Shown: piece by piece, positions 58,318 through 64,000 of the stretch
Layout of the letters: each line of letters opens with the position of its first letter
How positions within the stretch are numbered: the first letter of the stretch is position 1
Assembly (NCBI GenBank): GCA_036946345.1
Contig: JAQIJH010000001.1
Span: 41,684-105,683, forward strand
Origin: Gordonia paraffinivorans
GTDB taxonomy: Bacteria > Actinomycetota > Actinomycetes > Mycobacteriales > Mycobacteriaceae
Reading direction: 5' to 3'
Length of the DNA stretch: 64,000 nucleotides
Notes under the pieces: generated by a model
Told to the model about the DNA's origin: nothing
What the model saw: only the letters and a program-made list of their open reading frames with translations
The model's database searches: none
Position numbers and translations under genes: made by a program

Positions 58318-58380
58318 GCCCCCACGGTAGGCGTTGGTGCGACGGAGGGTCGGGGCGCGGGGCCGGCCGGGGTGCTGCGG

Positions 58381-59406
58381 CTACAGCCAGTCGCGCCGTT
58401 TGAACAGCGCGTACAGCACCACCATGGCGGTCAGCAGCAGGACGCAGCTCGTGATGAATCCCACGGTGTGGTCGAAACCGGGGAACGGGACGTTCTGCCC
58501 GTAGAAGCCGGTGATGGCGGTGGGCACCGCGATGATCGCCGCCCAGCCGGTGAGCTTCTTCATCACCGTGTTGAGGCGGGCGTCCTGCAGCGACAGGTTC
58601 GTCTCGAACACCGTCGACACCATGTCCCGCAGGGACTCGGTCCACTCGGCGGCGCGCAGGACGTGGTCGTACAGGTCGGCGAACTCCGGATCCAGGCGGT
58701 CGCCGGCGCCGAGGGCGTCGCGGCGGTGCTGGATCACGGCGACCACCTCGCGCATGGGCAACACGACGCGACGCAGCGCGACGAGGTCCTTGCGCACGCC
58801 GTAGGTGCGCCGTTGCAGGGTGCGGGCCGCGACGGACTCGTCGAACAGCAGGCCCTCGAGGTCCTCGATCGCGTCGTCGAGGGTCTGGACCGCCTCGAAA
58901 TGACCGTCGACGACGACGTCGAGCAGACCGTGCAGCAGCGCCTCGACGCCGCGGTCGTGCGCCTCGGTCTCATCCCACCGCCGGCGCACCTCGGCCATGT
59001 CCACGATGTCGGCCGAGTCGGTGAGGCGCACGGTGATGAGGGCGTTGTGCTTGATGAAGACGGAGACACGCTGGGTGGCGATCGACTGCGAGGCGCCGGT
59101 GGGTGTGTCGGTCGCCCGGACGCCGGCATCGGCGGAACAGCGCACCGCGTAGACGGTCACGAACGTGTGGTGGGCGTAGGTCGTCGCCTTGGTCCGTTCG
59201 GATGCCGCCAGCGCGTCCTCCACCGCCCACGGGCTGAGGTCCAGTTCGTCGGCCAACCGCCCCATGGTCTCCTCCGACGGATCCTGCAGATCGGCCCAGA
59301 CGAGGGTGTGTGACTCGGTGAGGCAGTCGGAGATGGCCGCGAGGTCGAAGCCGTCGACGGGTTTGCCGTCGCGCCAGATCTGGCCGGTGATGGCGCCGTC
59401 GGACAC
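58381..59406 (-). CDS. CorA-family Mg/Co transporter
   Basis: WADL, DLYDHVLR, NTVMKKLT, TGFYGQN, FKRRDWL. Confidence 0.9.
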   Translation of the reverse strand: MSDGAITGQIWRDGKPVDGFDLAAISDCLTESHTLVWADLQDPSEETMGRLADELDLSPWAVEDALAASERTKATTYAHHTFVTVYAVRCSADAGVRATDTPTGASQSIATQRVSVFIKHNALITVRLTDSADIVDMAEVRRRWDETEAHDRGVEALLHGLLDVVVDGHFEAVQTLDDAIEDLEGLLFDESVAARTLQRRTYGVRKDLVALRRVVLPMREVVAVIQHRRDALGAGDRLDPEFADLYDHVLRAAEWTESLRDMVSTVFETNLSLQDARLNTVMKKLTGWAAIIAVPTAITGFYGQNVPFPGFDHTVGFITSCVLLLTAMVVLYALFKRRDWL

Positions 59407-59414
59407 GGTGGCGG

Positions 59415-60533
59415 TCAGTGCTCGGTGGAGAAGGTCGAGCGGCGGCCGTGACGGGACCAGGCGAGGTCGACGAGACGGTCGATGAGATCGGGGTAGGACA
59501 GACCCGACGCCTCCCACATCTTCGGGTACATCGACGACGGGGTGAAACCGGGGATCGTGTTGACCTCGTTGAGGAGCCAGCCGCGGCCACCCTCCTCGTA
59601 GAAGAAGTCGGCCCGGGCCATGCCGGAGCACCGCAGTGCGGTGAAGGCGCGCAGTGCCAGCTCGCGAACCTCGGCGATCGCCTCGTCGGACAGCTGGGCC
59701 GGGATCGACAGTCCCGCAGTGCCGTTGAGGTACTTGTCGGCGTAGTCGTAGAACTCCGCGCCGGGGAGGACTTCTCCGGGCAGCGACGCCTCGGGCTCGG
59801 CGTTGCCCAGGACGGCGACCTCGATCTCGCGACCGGTGACGCCCTCCTCGACGACGACGACCTCGTCGTACTCCAGGGCCAGCGTGATCGCCGTCCTCAG
59901 CTCACCCGCGTCATGCGCCTTCGAGATGCCCACGGACGAACCGAGATTGGCGGGCTTGACAAAGACGGGGAAGCCGAGCTCATCGGCGACGTGCGCGGCG
60001 AAGTCGGTGGTCGTCCCGACGCCGTCGCGGTACTCGAGCCACCGGCACTGGGGGATGTCGTTCTGTGCCGCGACCACCTTCGCCATCGCCTTGTCCATGC
60101 ACACCGCCGACCCCAGGACACCGCTGCCCACGTAGGGGATGCCCAGCAGCTCGAGCATCCCCTGGACCGTGCCGTCCTCGCCGTGCGGACCGTGCAGGAG
60201 GGGCAGGACGACGGTGGTCGGGATCGGCGCGCCGGTGGTGACCGCGCGAGGGCCCTGCAGGATCTCCGTCGACGCCGCCGACGTCCCCTCGATCGGCAGG
60301 CTCGACGGGAGCTCGTGCCCCTCCTCGAGTGCAGCCACCGCCTTGTCGTTGCGGATCCACTCACCCGAGCGCGTGATGCCCACCGGGACGATCTCGTAGC
60401 GGCGCCGATCGGCGGCCGCCATGACGTGCGCGGCGGTGATGCAGGAGATGTCGTGTTCGGCCGACCGGCCGCCGTACAGGACGACCAGCCGCACGTGGTC
60501 CAACGGCTGGTCGGGGTCGGGCTGGAGGGCCAT
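59415..60533 (-). CDS. ddl: D-alanine--D-alanine ligase
   Basis: GGRSAEHDIS, LHGPHGEDG, VKPANLGSSVGI, FYDYADKY, NEVNTIPGFT. Confidence 0.93.
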   Translation of the reverse strand: MALQPDPDQPLDHVRLVVLYGGRSAEHDISCITAAHVMAAADRRRYEIVPVGITRSGEWIRNDKAVAALEEGHELPSSLPIEGTSAASTEILQGPRAVTTGAPIPTTVVLPLLHGPHGEDGTVQGMLELLGIPYVGSGVLGSAVCMDKAMAKVVAAQNDIPQCRWLEYRDGVGTTTDFAAHVADELGFPVFVKPANLGSSVGISKAHDAGELRTAITLALEYDEVVVVEEGVTGREIEVAVLGNAEPEASLPGEVLPGAEFYDYADKYLNGTAGLSIPAQLSDEAIAEVRELALRAFTALRCSGMARADFFYEEGGRGWLLNEVNTIPGFTPSSMYPKMWEASGLSYPDLIDRLVDLAWSRHGRRSTFSTEH

Positions 60534-60616
60534 GCGCCTCACCCTACGGTCACGATCCGGACACCCGCGCGACGTGGTGGGACTGTCCCCGCTCACCGCC
60601 CACGTAAAGTCGACGG

Positions 60617-61951
60617 GTGCGTTTCACAGCCAGCGAGGTCGCCACCGCCACGGGCGGGAGTCTCACCGGCGCCGATGTCCCGATCGACGGCGCCGGGATC
60701 GACTCCCGCACGATCGGGGCGGGGCAACTCTTCGTCCCCATCGTCGCCGAGCGTGACGGTCACGACTTCATCCCCCAGGCCTTGTCCGCCGGCGCGTCGG
60801 CCTATCTGACGTCCCGACCGCCCGTGTCCGACGCCGCCGCGTCCGCGATCGAGGTCGACGACACCGCCCGCGCCCTGATGGCGCTGGGTGAGGCCGCCCG
60901 TGCTCGCATCACCGGACCGGTGGTCGGTGTGACCGGCTCGGTGGGCAAGACGTCGACGAAGGACATGCTCGCGCAGGTGCTGTCGACGGCGGTGCGCACG
61001 CACGCCAACGAGCGGTCGTTCAACAACGAACTGGGCCTGCCCATCACGCTGATGGGTGCCGCCGACGACACCGAGGCGGTCGTCGTCGAGATGGGTGCCC
61101 GCGGGGTCGGCCACATCGCGATGCTGTGCGACATCGCGCACCCCACAGTCGGTGTGGTGACCCGCGTCGACGGTGTCCACCTCGAGATGTTCGGTTCCAT
61201 CGGCGCGATCGCCCAGGCCAAGGGCGAGCTGATCGCGTCGCTGCCCGACGACGGACTCGCCGTGCTCAACGTCGACCAGGACACGGTCATCGCGATGGCT
61301 GCGCGGACGACCGCCGACGTGATCGCCTATGGGCTGTCGCCGTCGGCCGACGTCCGCGCCGAGGACATCCGCGTCGACGCCGAACTCCGCCCGACGTTCA
61401 CTCTCCGCTCGCCGTGGGGATCGATCGAGGTCGCGATGTCGGCGCGCGGTCGGCACCAGGTCCACAACGCTCTGGCCGCGGCGTCGGTCGCCGGCGGGCT
61501 CGGGCTGTCGGTCGAGCAGATCGCCGAGGGGCTCGCCGGCGCGGCGATCTCGGGTCTGCGCATGGAGCTCACCCGTACCGACGACGGCGTCGCCGTCCTC
61601 AACGACTCCTACAACGCCAACCCCACCTCGATGAAAGCCGCGTTGGAGGGGTTGTCGGGGCTGACCGAGGGCCGCAAGGTGGCGGTCGTCGGGGTGATGG
61701 CCGAGATCGGCGACACCGCTCCGGCCGAGCACCTCGCGATCACGGCCCGCGCCCGGGAGCTCGGTGTGGAGGTCGTCGCCGTCGACGCGCCCGACTACGG
61801 GCCCGACGCGCGGCACGTCGCCGACATCGATGCCGCCGTCGCCGCGGTGTCGGACCTGTCCGCCGGGGACGCCGTGCTGGTGAAGGGCTCGCGCGTCGCC
61901 GCACTGGAACGCGTCGCGGCAGCACTGCTGGCGGCGCCGGCCTCGCGCTGA
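60617..61951 (+). CDS. murF: UDP-MurNAc-tripeptide--D-Ala-D-Ala ligase
   Basis: DSR, GVTGSVGKTSTK, SFNNELGLP, VEMG, NDSYNANP, LVKGSR. Confidence 0.93.
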   Translation: MRFTASEVATATGGSLTGADVPIDGAGIDSRTIGAGQLFVPIVAERDGHDFIPQALSAGASAYLTSRPPVSDAAASAIEVDDTARALMALGEAARARITGPVVGVTGSVGKTSTKDMLAQVLSTAVRTHANERSFNNELGLPITLMGAADDTEAVVVEMGARGVGHIAMLCDIAHPTVGVVTRVDGVHLEMFGSIGAIAQAKGELIASLPDDGLAVLNVDQDTVIAMAARTTADVIAYGLSPSADVRAEDIRVDAELRPTFTLRSPWGSIEVAMSARGRHQVHNALAAASVAGGLGLSVEQIAEGLAGAAISGLRMELTRTDDGVAVLNDSYNANPTSMKAALEGLSGLTEGRKVAVVGVMAEIGDTAPAEHLAITARARELGVEVVAVDAPDYGPDARHVADIDAAVAAVSDLSAGDAVLVKGSRVAALERVAAALLAAPASR

Positions 61952-63118
61952 CCGCCGTCGCGGGCCGTCGGGACCCGGCGGTCGCCCGCCGCCGGGACTC
62001 GCTGACGGGCCTGCGGGCGGTGGCCGCGTTCGCGGTCTGCGCGACGCACGCGGCGTTCTGGACGGGCGGCTACACGGACGACCTGCCCGGCCGGATGGCG
62101 TCGCGACTCGAGATCGGGGGTCGCGATCTTCTTCGCGCTCTCGGGGTTCCTGCTGTTCCGGCCGTGGGTGCGGGCGCTCGCCGAGGGGCGGCCGAACCCG
62201 TCGCTGCGGCGCTACGCGGTCCATCGCGCCCGGCGCATCCTGCCCGCGTACTGGGCGACGGTCGTCGCGACGTACGCGCTTTTCTCGGTGTGGCGCACAC
62301 AGGACGCGACACTCGCCCACGACTGGTCCGGGTTCCTGCGGACGATGACGCTCACCCAGATCTACGGGTTCGGTCACCTGCACGTCGGGCTCACCCAGAT
62401 GTGGAGCCTCGCGGTGGAGGCCGCGTTCTATCTCGCGCTACCCCTCGTCGCATGGGTCGTCGTCCGCGTGGTGTGTCGCGGGCGATGGCGTCCGTGGGCT
62501 GTCGTCGCGGCGCTGGTGCTGCTCGGCGCGGTCAGCCCGGTGTGGGCGGTGCTCACCTCCGACGGCACGCTGACCGATCCGACCGCCCGTCTCTGGCCGC
62601 CGGCGTTCGTCCTGTGGTTCGCCTGCGGGATGGTGCTCGCCGTCGCCGCCCAGTGCTCGGTCCGGGTGCACCCGCTGCTGGCGGTGCTCGTCGCGGTCCT
62701 CGCGTTCCAGCTCAGTTGGACCTCGGCGGCGGGCGAACCGACCATCACCCCGACCACCGCCGGCGCGACCGTCGTGAAGTCGCTGCTGTACGGGCTCGTC
62801 GCGTCCTGCCTCGTGGGCGCCCTCGCGCTGTCGCGGCCGGGGAACTTCTTCGACCGTCTGCTCGGGCATCGCGTGGCGGTGTGGTTCGGCGAGATCTCCT
62901 ACGAGTTCTTCCTCGTGCACCTCGTCGTGCTGGTGTGGGTGATGGACCTGTTGGGCTACCCGACCTTCACCGGATCGATGCTCGGGGTGCTGATCGTCAC
63001 GACTGTGGTGAGCGTCCCGATGGCCTGGGCACTGCATCGAACGACATATGCCTGGTCGTGGGCCCGCTCCGTACCATCGGGGTCATCACCGCACCCCGAC
63101 AGGAGAACCGCCCGATGA
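61948..63118 (+). pseudogene. Acyltransferase-3 (OafA-like) gene with a +1 frameshift
   Basis: Frame 1 reads SLTGLRAVAA..THAAFWTG..RLEIG; after GGGGG (62116-62120) frame 2 continues VAIFFALSGFLLFRPW..RRILPAYW..WSLAVE..GEISYEFFLVH. Confidence 0.8.
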
Positions 63119-64000
63119 GCGAGCAGCGTCGCGACGCCTCCGCGGTCGGCGTCACCGCCGACACAGTCCATCGGTGGTGCGAGAAGTCGACCATCCCCGG
63201 TCGACATCCGGAACTGTCCGACGCCGCTGCGGTCGCGATCGCGACCGGTCATCTCGACGCGGCAGGGCGGTCGATCGTGCTCGCCCGGATGTCACGCGGG
63301 CTGCCCATCCCCATGGCCTCGCAGCTGCTGCCCGGTGCGCACGAGTTCGCCGAGTTGCGTCGCCTGCAGCGCACCGTCGCCGCGCTCGACGAACAGGCGA
63401 ACGCCGCGGTCGTCCCGGCCGTCGTCGCCGCGGTGATCCGCGCGCGCCGCAACTCGGTCGCCCGTCGTCTCGACGACGCCCGTCGCACGCTCGTCGGGGG
63501 CAAGGGCGTGTTCGCGACGGGCGTCCGTGCGATCCGCCGCGAGCGCCGGGAGGGGACGCATCTCGAGGCCGTCGATCGCGAGCGGCTGTTCATCGGGCTG
63601 TCGTACACCCCCACGCCCGATGTCGGTGGGTACGTGCGCCGAATGGGCAACGCGGCGCTGGAACGTGTCGCCGGGGTGATCGAGAACGCCGCCGCGAAAG
63701 CGGGCAAGGAGTCCGGGCGACGGTGGCTGCCGGACCTGGTGGGCGATGCCGACAGCCTCGCCCCCGGGGCGGACTCCCGGTTCGTGGACGGGTACGAGAC
63801 CATGCTGTTCGCCGCGGGCAGCTTCTACGACCGCGTCCTGCGGTGTCCGGCATGGCATTCCGAGCACTTCACGCTGCAGCGAGGCCAGGTCGACCTCGAG
63901 GCCGAGCTCGCGGAGATCGCGGCCGACGTCATCGCTCTGCGGGCGATCCGGGTCGATCTCGACTCCGCCCGCCGCGCAGCCGGCTTCGACGACGACCTCG
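63115..64000 (+). CDS. Hypothetical protein, runs off the window end
   Basis: ATG at 63115 with AGGAG RBS and ATGA overlap; open frame MSEQRRDAS... with GC3-rich codons to base 64000. Confidence 0.7.
   Translation, partial: MSEQRRDASAVGVTADTVHRWCEKSTIPGRHPELSDAAAVAIATGHLDAAGRSIVLARMSRGLPIPMASQLLPGAHEFAELRRLQRTVAALDEQANAAVVPAVVAAVIRARRNSVARRLDDARRTLVGGKGVFATGVRAIRRERREGTHLEAVDRERLFIGLSYTPTPDVGGYVRRMGNAALERVAGVIENAAAKAGKESGRRWLPDLVGDADSLAPGADSRFVDGYETMLFAAGSFYDRVLRCPAWHSEHFTLQRGQVDLEAELAEIAADVIALRAIRVDLDSARRAAGFDDDL

Noticed and set aside
58490-58510. CorA signature GQN instead of GMN
   Set aside because: A common variant in actinobacterial CorA-like paralogs; not distinctive by itself.
59415-60533. 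van-type glycopeptide resistance cluster
   Set aside because: No vanH, vanX, vanT or vanRS nearby, and the ligase motifs are D-Ala-D-Ala-like.

Overview
High-GC (about 70% by eye) actinobacterial chromosome segment. Gene content points to Mycobacteriales, most plausibly Gordonia/Williamsia-like; this assignment is an inference. Core markers are ilvD, the galactan block (bpa-wzm-wzt-glfT1, with Rv3777/Rv3778c-like neighbours and a detached gtrA), tRNA-Ser(TGA) and lysG/lysE. Accessory genes include an arsR-acr3-arsC operon, the 3' end of a Blh-type beta-carotene dioxygenase, Ku converging on RtcB, a four-in-one ECF transporter fusion, and many oxidoreductases and hydrolases. Best candidates for follow-up: (1) a five-gene putative flavinylation/trans-membrane electron-transfer operon (small exported Ser/Thr-rich protein, signal-less ApbE, di-heme membrane protein, NuoF-like protein, ferredoxin) behind a PhoP-like direct repeat; (2) a divergent ddl/murF pair outside the normal dcw context, coupled to a frameshifted acyltransferase; (3) a lower-GC islet carrying two orphan immunity-like genes beside a truncated P-loop gene; (4) a REP-like palindrome family. 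No CRISPR array, integrase or transposase was seen. All calls come from reading motifs by eye; no database searches were run, and start codons were often re-chosen from the ORF track.
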